Shown one piece after another: positions 11,357-22,652 of a stretch of 45,983 bases of DNA. Every line of letters begins with the position of its first letter. Position 1 is the stretch's first letter. The notes below the pieces were generated by a model. That model searched no databases. It was given only the letters and a program-made list of their open reading frames with translations, and was not told where the DNA came from. A program made the position numbers and the translations under genes. Origin of the DNA: Octopus bimaculoides (taxonomy: Eukaryota); assembly GCF_001194135.2 (NCBI RefSeq), contig NC_068984.1, positions 96,751,837 to 96,797,819 of the forward strand, in the 5' to 3' direction.

Positions 11357-12394
11357 CTAAACATAAGGATCTAGGACAGAGATAAGAAAGTGTGCACAGC
11401 AGTGGAAATCAGATAACCAGCAAATGTTTTCATAATGTTAAAGATAGATTTTATGCCGAACTAATAAGAAATCTATAGATATTCTAGCTAGTGTACAGCT
11501 AGATGTACAGAAGTGTACAGATATTCTAGCTTTAGGTGTTTAGTTTCATTTGTCTCAGCACAGATCTTGAGAATTTGCGCTTCACAGAAGAGAAAACAGA
11601 GCCTCATGACTCTACAGATAAACATACAAACATGCATAGAGGAATAGATATACAAAAATATATATAAAACAAGGCATTCAAAATCATATACGCAATAACC
11701 ATACTTGCACGCAAACATATACACATTCACATAGATACGGTGATAACTCAAACACACGTACAAACATACATACATACAGACAGACAGACAAACAAGCAAA
11801 CATACACACACACAAACAAATAGACATACATACGTACATACATACATACATACATACATACATACATACATACATACATACGTGCCAACATATACATGGA
11901 AGTCAACTCATGTCCAAATACGACCAGTATCTCGGCCTACATTTTACTTGTCGCTGACAACTTCTGAGATGATGTCTTAGTCCAATCAATAACTGCTATA
12001 AGTTGAGTATCCTATTTGACGATTCTTGCTTATTCGGGTGGCATATTTTGAGATGTTATGTTAACCTAACCCAAAAGCAACATATTTTAATAAGGGCCAC
12101 AAGAGAAGTCAGCTGCTGTATTCCAGCATCGTGAGTAACATGACATAGCCCATGGATAAATAATCCAGTTTCTGAAAGGCGTATCCGATCACAAGCCCTA
12201 TATTGAAGAGACCATCTCGATCTCTTTTCTAGGAGTAATACAACAGACTCCATATGTCTCGCAGTATGTTTCAGTTGAGGATAAGCTATGTGCTTGGTCT
12301 CAAACTCTTCAACATGACTGGAAATCTGATTTCTCCACAAACGCCCGTTTGGCGCATGATCATCCAAGGTATTAATAACAATACTATTTTTCCT

Positions 12395-12835
12395 TATCCA
12401 GCCATGTATGGTGGCTGAAAGACGACAGAACTCCATACGTAATATGGGAGATTCGAAAACCCTACATAAATGGGACCAAGTGTTGTAAACTGTGCATAGC
12501 TGAACGGACGAGGGTATTAAAAGACTCCCTCGGCCCGGGAAACATCCTTAACTCCAGGACAAAGGTCTTCGGACCCTGCTTGCACTTCAGGAAATTTCTG
12601 CTGGGGTTCTGGGATCCACACACTAATAGGGCAAATAAAGAATAACAGTCAACGGAAGACAATCCCCTGTTGTTGACATAGAGTAACGAAGTCTTTTCCT
12701 TCCCCAATTTCTAGAGAGGCCACTTGCTAGAGAGGCCATAGACCAACAGATTTAGGGTCTGAGAAACGCTGTAAAGCTTAGCGCTTTATGGACGTGAAAC
12801 CCAGGGTAACCCCACAGACCGGCCATATCTATGTT
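12395..12835 (+). mobile_element. Penelope-like element 3' end (GIY-YIG C-terminus + UTR/pLTR with hammerhead)
   Basis: LSSHVWWLKRRQ..PYVIWEI..KPYINGTKCCKLCIAER..ILNSRTKVFGPCLHFRKFLL resembles the PLE endonuclease tail. Confidence 0.75.
12755..12812 (+). ncRNA. Type I hammerhead ribozyme motif, one core deviation
   Basis: Stem I GGGT(12755-58)/ACCC(12809-12); CTGAGAA in place of CUGANGA; 12-bp stem II with 1 bulge; GAAA at 12796-99; palindromic stem III ACCC-A-GGGT; GUA cleavage triplet. Confidence 0.75.
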
Positions 12836-13107
12836 ATATATATATATATATATNNNNNNNNNNNNNNNNNNNNNNNNNNNNNNNNNNNNNNNNNNNNNNN
12901 NNNNNNNNNNNNNNNNNNNNNNNNNNNNNNNNNNNNNNNNNNNNNNNNNNNNNNNNNNNNNNNNNNNNNNNNNNNNNNNNNNNNNNNNNNNNNNNNNNNN
13001 NNNNNNNNNNNNNNNNNNNNNNNNNNNNNNNNNNNNNNNNNNNNNNNNNNNNNNNNNNNNNNNNNNNNNNNNNNNNNNNNNNNNNNNNNNNNNNNNNNNN
13101 NNNNNNN

Positions 13108-13408
13108 GTTCCAGTATCAAGTTGAAGTCCAATTGCTGGCCAATTTGTCTCATAGTTCTTACTTCGATTAATGGATCGAATGTCATTTATTTCCCCCTTG
13201 ATCTCTGACTTCATCTGACAAACGCCAACCAAGATGACGTGAATCAGCCAAGCTTTACCTGCTAGAAATATGAACCCAAATGCTTTTAAATCAGATCCCA
13301 ATGCTGGATGTTCAAGAACCAAATTAAGGCCAGATTTTCAATCTTGGGATCATCCTGATTCCTTCCCCCCCCACACACACACACACAAAGGGTATAATAT
13401 GTCTATGT
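13108..13408. repeat. Unclassified dispersed repeat, copy 2 (inverted relative to 4141-4414)
   Basis: Direct visual alignment. The copy is truncated on the left by an N gap. Confidence 0.85.
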
Positions 13409-13502
13409 AGAACAAATGTAGACTGAGATACAAGGGTCTCAGATAGACAAAATTTCGCTTTTATTAATATAGACTAGCTTAAAAGCCGCACTTTAAATTT
13501 AG

Positions 13503-13639
13503 TGTTGTAGGGAATTAGTAATAATGTTACACTCCTCCCACGTGACGAGTTGAATAAGACAGTCACTATAAATAAGGTGACGTCGGCTTGTATCGAGGAG
13601 AGTACGTGTAGACTGTGTAGACTCTAGAATATAACAACA
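13503..13639 (+). mobile_element. Possible short solo LTR (TGTTG...CAACA)
   Basis: 5-bp terminal inverted repeat and internal tataaata. There is no clean TSD (tttag / tttgt). Confidence 0.3.
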
Positions 13640-14814
13640 TTTGTCAAAGCGACAACCGTCGTCAAAAGACAGATATAATAGTTTAAATGAAAAATTTGTT
13701 ACTTCACAAATTATTGGAGCTCTTTTGAAATTTGAATAGAAGATATATATATATATATATACAAACATGTATGTGTGTGTGTATACATAATAATTTCCGG
13801 CAAACTTTTCTATTACTTAGGGAATGGGATGTCATCAAAGACAATATCTAATATGTTGCACAGAAAATTTCTCGAGTTATAAGCAAACTTCGATCTGAAG
13901 TCAAGGTGTCACCTTCATGCAGTTTGTAAATTTGCCATAGACTTTTAAATGCTTATAAATGGAGATCCTGCATTGAGATTACAAATGAATGATCTGAAGT
14001 AACTTCAACATATTTCCGATGGGTGACAACAACACATAAAAATCCAGATATATATATATACATGTATACATAAATATATATACATATATACATGGATATA
14101 TGTATATATACACACACATAGATACAAATACACTCCTTCATATGCATGCATGGGCCTACGTACGTATGCACACGTATNNNNNNNNNNNNNNNNNNNNNNN
14201 NNNNNNNNNNNNNNNNNNNNNNNNNNNNNNNNNNNNNNNNNNNNNNNNNNNNNNNNNNNNNNNNNNNNNNNNNNNNNNNNNNNNNNNNNNNNNNNNNNNN
14301 NNNNNNNNNNNNNNNNNNNNNNNNNNNNNNNNNNNNNNNNNNNNNNNNNNNNNNNNNNNNNNNNNNNNNNNNNNNNNNNNNNNNNNNNNNNNNNNNNNNN
14401 NNNNNNNNNNNNNNNNNNNNNNNNNNNNNNNNNNNNNNNNNNNNNNNNNNNNNNNNNNNNNNNNNNNNNNNNNNNNNNNNNNNNNNNNNNNNNNNNNNNN
14501 NNNNNNNNNNNNNNNNNNNNNNNNNNNNNNNNNNNNATACCCCTTCTTGCCTACACACGAGCAGCACAGAGACTAGAGTCACCAGGATGGTCCAAAGCAG
14601 CTAGGAGGTCAGAAGAATTTGTGTGAATATCGAACCTACTGCAGGTTCTGTGGGCGGCTGGCGGGATGCGGCGTTCGTTGTCGTTTTCGAGGCATGTAAT
14701 GCAGTGACACACTTTATTTAGTTAGCCATGGTCATACACGTATAACGAGTCTACAGCCATCGAGTGTGTATGCATGCATGCATACTTTTCTCATAAGGCA
14801 TAATTTTGTAGCCA

Positions 14815-14930
14815 AAGAAACATGAACATGTAGAAACCAATGGATCAACAGAGTATTAGTGGATTCTAACAATAAAAGCAACAACCAAATTTGAACACAT
14901 CAGACCTGATATTGTGGACATGAATGTGGT
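14815..14930 (+). mobile_element. Small R4-type LINE endonuclease fragment
   Basis: EY*WILTIKATTKFEHIRPDIV parallels EYWWNVPVKT..NRPDIM of the copy at 100-810. Confidence 0.55.
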
Positions 14931-15162
14931 AAGATAAATAAAGAGGAAAGACATTTCTGGACTCTACAAATCTCATACACAAAATAGTCTTTCAGTTTTA
15001 TATTCGTTATTATTGGAACGGCAAGACATATCCCGATCCTCCTCGCTGAACTTCTTGCTCAAACAACTTAATTCCGTTAATCTATACTCACTGACACTGA
15101 AACAATAAGAATCTTTAAGACCTTATTAATATTTAGAGTTTACGGTTTTATACATTTTTCGC

Positions 15163-15563
15163 CTAATAATAATAGACTCTAGAAGTACGATAACTCGGAG
15201 GACACCTGCAAACCTGAACAAATATATATAGTTCAAAACTTACTTGCAGGGATGACGCGTGCGTTCGATCATGTAATACAAATAATAAATGAGTATATGC
15301 ATATATACGTACATATATGTACATACTTACATCTACCTGTATATATAGATGCATATCTGGGTACAGGACATTGCAAACAAAACGTAGACAAAATGATAAA
15401 CAAAGTACAGAAAACACACAGGCCACATAGAGAATATTTCCTTCATCAGCTACCCCCATTCTAACACTGGCGTTTCGAAAACGCCAGTGTTAGAATGGTG
15501 GCAGCTGATGAAGGAAATGTTCTCTATGTTGCCTGTGTGTTTTCTGTACTCTGGTTATTATTT
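15163..15563. repeat. Head-to-head inverted repeat of a PLE-like unit (perfect 20-bp stem 15456-15475/15479-15498; arms extend 15391-15563 into a gap)
   Basis: Direct complementarity. Each arm carries GAAA(A)C and CTGATGA motifs. The left boundary of the long arm is approximate. Confidence 0.8.
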
Positions 15564-15886
15564 NNNNNNNNNNNNNNNNNNNNNNNNNNNNNNNNNNNNN
15601 NNNNNNNNNNNNNNNNNNNNNNNNNNNNNNNNNNNNNNNNNNNNNNNNNNNNNNNNNNNNNNNNNNNNNNNNNNNNNNNNNNNNNNNNNNNNNNNNNNNN
15701 NNNNNNNNNNNNNNNNNNNNNNNNNNNNNNNNNNNNNNNNNNNNNNNNNNNNNNNNNNNNNNNNNNNNNNNNNNNNNNNNNNNNNNNNNNNNNNNNNNNN
15801 NNNNNNNNNNNNNNNNNNNNNNNNNNNNNNNNNNNNNNNNNNNNNNNNNNNNNNNNNNNNNNNNNNNNNNNNNNNNTATATATATA

Positions 15887-16374
15887 TATATTATTTAAGT
15901 GTTCCAACTCTGTTTTTTTATGTTTTATTTATATTCTTATAAAATTAATGTGGGATATAGAATATGGAATATATAATATAATATAAATGGTAAAATGAAA
16001 TGAAGTATTGAATGTCTTATTGAATATATGAAATACTGAGTATTAAATATAGAGAATCAAATATATAAAGAATCAAATATATAAAGGCGAGTACGTACTT
16101 CCATGCCTACTGGCATTCATCAGGCTTCGTCTGACAGACTGTAACAGACTGTTACAGTACGTACTCGCCTTTATAGATTTGATTCTTTATATATTTGATT
16201 CTCTATATCTAATACTCAGTATTTCATATATTCAATAAGACATTCAATACTTCATTTCATTTTACCATTTATATTATATTATATATTCCATATTCTATAT
16301 CCCACATTAATTTTATAAGAATATAAATAAAACATAAAAACCAGACAGAGCTGGAACTCTTTTAAATAATATAT
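15887..16374. repeat. AT-rich inverted repeat (~213-219-bp arms 15887-16099 / 16156-16374) with a hammerhead at the centre
   Basis: The arms are reverse complements with few mismatches, around a 56-nt spacer. Confidence 0.9.
16083..16128 (-). ncRNA. Type I hammerhead ribozyme motif, one core deviation (GGAA for GAAA)
   Basis: The minus strand reads gaagc CTGATGA ATGCC agta GGCAT GGAA GTACGTAC T C gccttt: perfect 5-bp stem II, self-complementary AGTACGTACT stem III, CUC triplet and imperfect stem I. Confidence 0.7.
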
Positions 16375-16452
16375 TCCTCTATACACGATCATACAAAACC
16401 CTTTTTTTGTATATATTTTTAAAAATTTTTATTTTGTATATTTATTTTTATT

Positions 16453-16483
<31 letters not shown>

Positions 16484-16488
16484 ACACA

Positions 16489-16557
<69 letters not shown>

Positions 16558-17332
16558 GTAAAGACATATACACATATGTATGTATGCATATATGCATATT
16601 TAGGTACATACACACATGCATAAATGCATACACACACACACACACACACGAAGACACATGCACGCATGCACACGCGCACACACACACACATACATACATA
16701 CATACATGCATACATACATACATACATACATACATACATACATACATACATGCATACATACATATATACATGCATACATACGCGATCGCTGAAACTCGAT
16801 TTCGGGCAATGTCATCGTTTGTTTGTTCTCTTACATATGAGCAGCATGGGTATGGTTTTTCAGTCTTGTTAGGAATATACACTCTTNNNNNNNNNNNNNN
16901 NNNNNNNNNNNNNNNNNNNNNNNNNNNNNNNNNNNNNNNNNNNNNNNNNNNNNNNNNNNNNNNNNNNNNNNNNNNNNNNNNNNNNNNNNNNNNNNNNNNN
17001 NNNNGGTCTACATCATGGGATGCAAATAAAGTCGCAGACGTTACACCAGAGTTTTCTTTTTCTTGAAGAGATGTCTCGAGCTAAAGGGTCTCTCATTCCC
17101 AGCTGCTAGATGGACGTTGATTCTACTCAGTTCATACACCTTTTGACAGAGCTTGTTTTTTGACCTGTAAGGTGTTCGACAAACCTACTTACCAAGTAAG
17201 TTACTTACCAAGCAGGTTACTGATAAAGCTACTGGTAAAATGGTCAGACCATCGGCGACTAAACTAGCAACATGCATGCATACATACATACATACATACA
17301 TACATACATACATACATACATACATACATACA

Positions 17333-18545
17333 TAAGAAAGAAATACCTATGCAGAACTATTGAGGAATCTACTGCTACGCTATCAAGATTACAAGTTCAG
17401 GTTTATACTTATAATTATTGGGGTACTGGGATATGTATCACACTGCCTAAATACCAATCTTGAGAAATTAGGCTTCTCAAAACCAGAAAGGAGAAAGCTG
17501 ATTCGAAGACTACAGAACCAAGCCATCATTGGAACTGTAAAAATTTGTAAAACTTTCCAGAAGTTTATCATCTAAGGATATATGAGCACGTCTAGATATG
17601 CAATTATATGCATGAGAATACATACATAAAACAAAACATACAAACCTGCACACATACATACATACATACATACATACATACATACATACATACATACATA
17701 CATAGGATCTTTGGGGTTTGACGGGCAACATCTTTTTTGTAGTGTTTTTGGTACCGAAACACTTTCAAACTTCGAATATTTGTATATTTTGTGGTATAGA
17801 ACAGATAAAAAAGTTATTTTATGTCTATTGAGGTGAAAACAATTAATGCCGTAACGGTGTCATGGGATCTTTTCTCTTGAATAAAATTAGTCCCGTTGTT
17901 TGTCAACAACAACTACCCGTGTTACTCTTATTTATGACATCGTTCGTGCGTTTGTACTGGTTTTAGCTTTAGGGTTTTAGGGTTAGGGTTNNNNNNNNNN
18001 NNNNNNNNNNNNNNNNNNNNNNNNNNNNNNNNNNNNNNNNNNNNNNNNNNNNNNNNNNNNNNNNNNNNNNNNNNNNNNNNNNNNNNNNNNNNNNNNNNNN
18101 NNNNNNNNNNNNNNNNNNNNNNNNNNNNNNNNNNNNNNNNNNNNNNNNNNNNNNNNNNNNNNNNNNNNNNNNNNNNNNNNNNNNNNNNNNNNNNNNNNNN
18201 NNNNNNNNNNNNNNNNNNNNNNNNNNNNNNNNNNNNNNNNNNNNNNNNNGAAATAACTTGCGATGTATAATTTTTTGTTAAGAAGGTTAAGAGAAGAAGT
18301 TGTTTTATATGACACATTCTATCAGTGTCCCAAGTTTGAAAGTGTTTCGTTAAGAAAACAAATGTTGCCCGTCAAACCCCAAAGGCCCCATACATACATA
18401 CATACATACATACATACATACATACATACATACATACCCTGTTGACGTTGCTGAAATTTCAATAAAAGAGCCTTGGATCTATGTTAGAAACCAGCTTTTT
18501 CTCTATTGGCAAGAAATCTTAAAATAAAACTGAATAATTACATAA
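17333..18545 (+). mobile_element. 5'-truncated R4/Dong LINE family A, copy 2, with a MITE inserted in its UTR microsatellite
   Basis: YQDYKFRFILIIIGVLGY..PERRKLIRRLQNQAIIGTVKICKTFQKFII*. The UTR and terminal module 18441-18545 match 100-215 on the minus strand. Confidence 0.85.
17704..18389. mobile_element. Non-autonomous DNA transposon (MITE), AT target duplication; ISL2EU/Harbinger-like assignment tentative
   Basis: Perfect 23-bp inverted repeat 17709-17731/18362-18384 and 18-bp subterminal IR 17755-17772/18332-18349, with AT on both sides. Internal TTAGGG-like repeats sit at 17961-17990 next to a gap. Confidence 0.8.
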
Positions 18546-19559
18546 ATACATAGTAATATATATTCGACTGTTAACATTACGTTTACCGTTTTATCATTTT
18601 TGTAATTTAGGCCATTCAGGAAACAGTCATCTGTCAGTAATTTTAGTTTTTTATGCAAAAACAAAATTCTCTTCAGTTTCTTACAGTTTGTAATTTCGAA
18701 ATTTGTGCTCTTTTTTTTTCTTTCTTGCTAGCTTTTCCTTTGGCTTTGTCTCGACAGACGTACCTCTACCATTTTGAAAGCAGGCACATTATTTCTGTTC
18801 TATCTGTACTTCTGTTAATTATCTGCATGTAGACGTTTTCATTTTACACACTAGAAATCTGTGTACTTTCTATACATAATCCAATTGCCAATATATACAT
18901 ACATATAAGCATTCCACAGCATATTTTGCACACGCAAGTTTTTATTGATATGGTGTACCTGATATTGTGTAATTTTTTAACTATGGTATTGCAATGTTTT
19001 AATTTCTAACCTTTACTCACAAACACTTTTATGAAAATTTGACATTGTAAACTCTGATCTATTCTCTCTGAATTTTGTTCAATTTTCTTGTATTTGTACC
19101 TGTAGCCCACGTGTAATTGTTATTGCGTTATTCTACTAACAAGATCGCAAAAGAGATATTTTCTGATGATGTGAAGGAAATTAAATAAAAGTTATATGTA
19201 ATCCATTATTATTCTTAATTGTACAAGCATTAACTTTTAATTGCTTATAATTGGTGAACCTGTGTAAGGAATCCGCCTTCACATACATTTGCTATTTATA
19301 TATTACTACAAAAGAATGTTGGGTGAATATGGTGAAAGGTTGTTCAATTGATGTGGGGCAATTAAAAAAAACGAACATTTTGAAAAGATGCAGTTTTCCG
19401 GCCAAGAAAAGCCACGTAGTAAACACGTAAAAACAGTTTTTTACCCCGTTCTACTTTATCGTAAAGAACTGTTGAAAACCCTGTTCTTCTGCGGCAGTTA
19501 CGGTGTGTGTGTGCGTGTGTGTGTTCACGTATGTGCCTGTCACTGTGTGTGACTGTGTG

Positions 19560-20045
19560 TACGTGTCTTATATATGCTGAATCGGTATATTTACATTTGT
19601 CTACAGCGAGAAATGTTTTCGAAGACAAAATACAATAAATGGCTTTCTTATGGGTTCGAATACGTCCCAAGCAGTTTGTATCTCTATGCATCACTGCTTA
19701 GCGCTTCCACTCCATATTTTTATGAATGGGCCAGACATCGATAGCACAATCAAAGTACGATGACAGGATTATAATAACAGTAATCTCTCGTCAGTTTGTA
19801 GCGTTTCCGTTTTCAGTATCTGCTCCTGAGTAGGAGATAACCACTCCAAAATGCATGCAACCATCAATCTGCTTAGGGAGTGCTTCGAACTGACTCGATG
19901 CCTTTGCACATATTAGTCTACAGCAAGAAATGTTCTCCATGACAAAATACAGTGAATGGCTTTCTTACAGGTTCGAATATGCCTCGAGAATATTTGAGCT
20001 GGTAAAACGTTTGTATTTATACAAATCACTGTTCAGCGCTTCTAG
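19560..20045 (-). pseudogene. Possible highly degenerate C2H2 zinc-finger array / diverged ~120-bp direct repeat
   Basis: 19600-19715 and 19917-20042 are diverged direct repeats. Minus translations give KRFTSSNILE.HIRT, HCILSWRTF and RIRTH..YCILSSKTF. Confidence 0.3.
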
Positions 20046-20082
20046 ACAGATAGATAGATAGATAGATAGATAGGTAGGTAGG

Positions 20083-20135
<53 letters not shown>
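20046..20135. repeat. (GATA)n microsatellite
   Basis: Visible. Also at 27290-27420 and 36939-37026. Confidence 0.95.
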
Positions 20136-20136
<1 letters not shown>

Positions 20137-20796
20137 TAGGTGATAGGCGGAGATGAAAAAGAGATGTCAATAGAGTTATGGTTGTTAATACACACAAAGG
20201 TATCCAGGTGACACCTGCAGTGAATGGTAAATAGTGAGGGGTGACAGGAGAATGGGGTAATATTGTTCGTTGTGGTGGTGACAGTTGTATTAGTAATGTT
20301 TGTAGTTGAGTGAGTGGGGGTATTAGTGCCAGTGGTGGGGGTAAAGAATTAGTAAACATGATTTTTAACCTTAGGAGTACACACACGCGCGTACACATGT
20401 ATGCAGACAGAGAGAAAGAGGTTTTATAAATATTTTTGCAACTGTCGCATCACTGAAAACTGTGTCTTAGGATTCGCTTATACCCCATTCCTGAAAATAA
20501 AATCGGATTTCTTCCAGAGGTTTCCTTTTACTTTAGTTAGCTAACATTACTGCTACTGCTGGCGGCGGTGGTAGTGGTGGTGGTGGTGGTGGTGGTGCTG
20601 CTGCTGCTGCTGTTATTGTTTATTATNNNNNNNNNNNNNNNNNNNNNNNNNNNNNNNNNNNNNNNNNNNNNNNNNNNNNNNNNNNNNNNNNNNNNNNNNN
20701 NNNNNNNNNNNNNNNNNNNNNNNNNNNNNNNNNNNNNNNNNNNNNNNNNNNNNNNNNNNNNNNNNNNNNNNNNNNNNNNNNNNNNNNNNNNNNNNN

Positions 20797-20866
<70 letters not shown>

Positions 20867-21469
20867 TTTCTTTTTACCTCTTTATAAAGGGGTTGAGGAT
20901 ATTCAATGTGGGTTGGAAAGTAACGTTTGTCCAAACAGTCCTTTAAATTCATTTCTTTAATCTTTCATGGAAACTGACCCTGAAACTAGAAGTGGCTAAT
21001 GCCTTTATCTCTTGATTGATGCAGTACTGCCTGACCACCTTCACTTGTCTAAAGATGCACTTTATCAGATTGAAGCATGTGCTTTTTCGCTCCTTGTAAA
21101 ATGGACAATTTCCGCTGGTCAGGAGGTCTATCTAGTGCCAACACCCACTGCAAAGAGGTCTCGTGATGTCCAGGCAGATGATGCACAGGTATGCATTGAG
21201 ATTCACATATCTGCAGAGATCATCGGACAGCGATGGGCAGTAAAATGTATGATCGCTTGTTTTGTTTTTAGCAAAGAAGAGTGCATGAGTAGAAAGTGAA
21301 GTGGTGAAATGATGTGTGAGGTATATCTGTGTGAGAGGAGCTACAAGGTGGGTAAGTTATAAATGAAGTCAAGTTGTTGATAATATTTAGCCCCGGGTTA
21401 GCCCTAACAAAACAGATCTGTAATCAAAGAGATTCCAGCTGTGACCGTCCTATTTTTCTTAGTAGTTAG

Positions 21470-22400
21470 TGAATCCAAAATCGTATTATTATAATGCTGC
21501 AAACGAGATTTTCTGAGATGCACGCGAAGTGATATGTGATATGGAAAGATAGTTCAGGTGCGTGTAAAATAGTAAAATAAACTGGTGTTGCAATGAGTGC
21601 GAGAAATATCGAAAGTATCACAGTTTGCTGGGATGAGGAGTGAAGAAACTGTGGATTAGAAGGCTTCCAACCTGCAACCGTGTCAGAAGGAAGGGAAAGA
21701 TGGTTCAAAAAAGTTGTTTGAAGTAGCAAGGTCAGACTGAAAAAGACAAAAAGGGTGTATGATGGTGCATTGAAGATGTCAGGTGATGAGATGTAATGTG
21801 AGGAGGAAAGAAATGTAGCTGATGATGGAACTGGTATGGGATAAACAAGACGAGTATGCGGAATGAGGGTTTAACTGTGATCAGTATCAACTGCTGGTTG
21901 AGGATAACCTCAGAAGAAGTGAACCACACAAAGGCGACAAAAACAGCGAGATTATGAGTTGGGAATAACTGATTTTGTGTGGAAGTGGGGATAAGGTGAC
22001 ATTGAGGTAGAAGTGGTGGTCAGTAGAATTGTAGAAAACAGAAATGGAGGTATTCGATAGTCAATTGAAACACAGATGTCCAGAAAGTTAACAGTGGTGG
22101 TAGAGTTGATAGATATGAATTTTAGAGCAGGGCAGTAGGAATTAGCGAAGGTAATGGAGGAACTGAATTGTTTGTTGGTAAGAAAGTTGGTGCCGATATA
22201 CTGGCGTCTGTTTAATGAACGTAATCTGAGGCAGGAACGATGAAGAGAGTAAAGATTTGGGCTCATGACCAATCCAGTATATAGTGGTAAAAATTCATGG
22301 AAAAGGAGAAATAGTTAAGAGTGAGGACGAGTTTGGAGAGGTGAAAGTGAAGAACAATTTGAGGATTAAGCCTCCTATCGTGGGACTAAAGAGAGACTCG
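21470..22400 (-). mobile_element. Penelope-like element, degraded RT core/thumb to the start of GIY-YIG
   Basis: LTLNYFSF, FANSYCPALKF..TTVNFLDICVSI, HTKSVIPNS, ITYHFACISENLVCSI. Confidence 0.7.
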
Positions 22401-22652
22401 GCATGTGGTGGAGGAGGGGGTTGTAGTGATGATGATAATGATGCTGGTAGTGATGATAGTGGTAGTGCGAGGTGTAGTCGCAGTGGTGGTGGTCTTGCTA
22501 GTGGAGAGTCACTGTTGTCATTGTGGAGGGCGTAGTGATTATGATGAGTGTAATACTTACTAGTAACAATGTTAGTTGTGAACATGGTGATGGTAGTAGT
22601 AGTAGTAGTAGTAGTAGTTGTTGTTGTTGTTGTTGTTGTTGTTGGTAATGAT

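Noticed and set aside
12056-12436. 126-aa minus-strand ORF next to the Penelope fragment
   Set aside because: No recognisable motif was found in any frame. It may be decayed or inverted TE sequence but cannot be assigned.
17961-17990. True telomere
   Set aside because: It is a short degenerate array enclosed by the MITE inverted repeats, with ordinary sequence on both sides.
20140-20370. Purine-rich segment possibly from a Penelope N-terminal region
   Set aside because: The composition resembles 21470-22400, but there is no diagnostic motif.
20960-21299. 95-aa plus ORF; faint MULE-like similarity on the minus strand (GNCPFY, QVKVV)
   Set aside because: The similarity is too weak to call without an HMM search.
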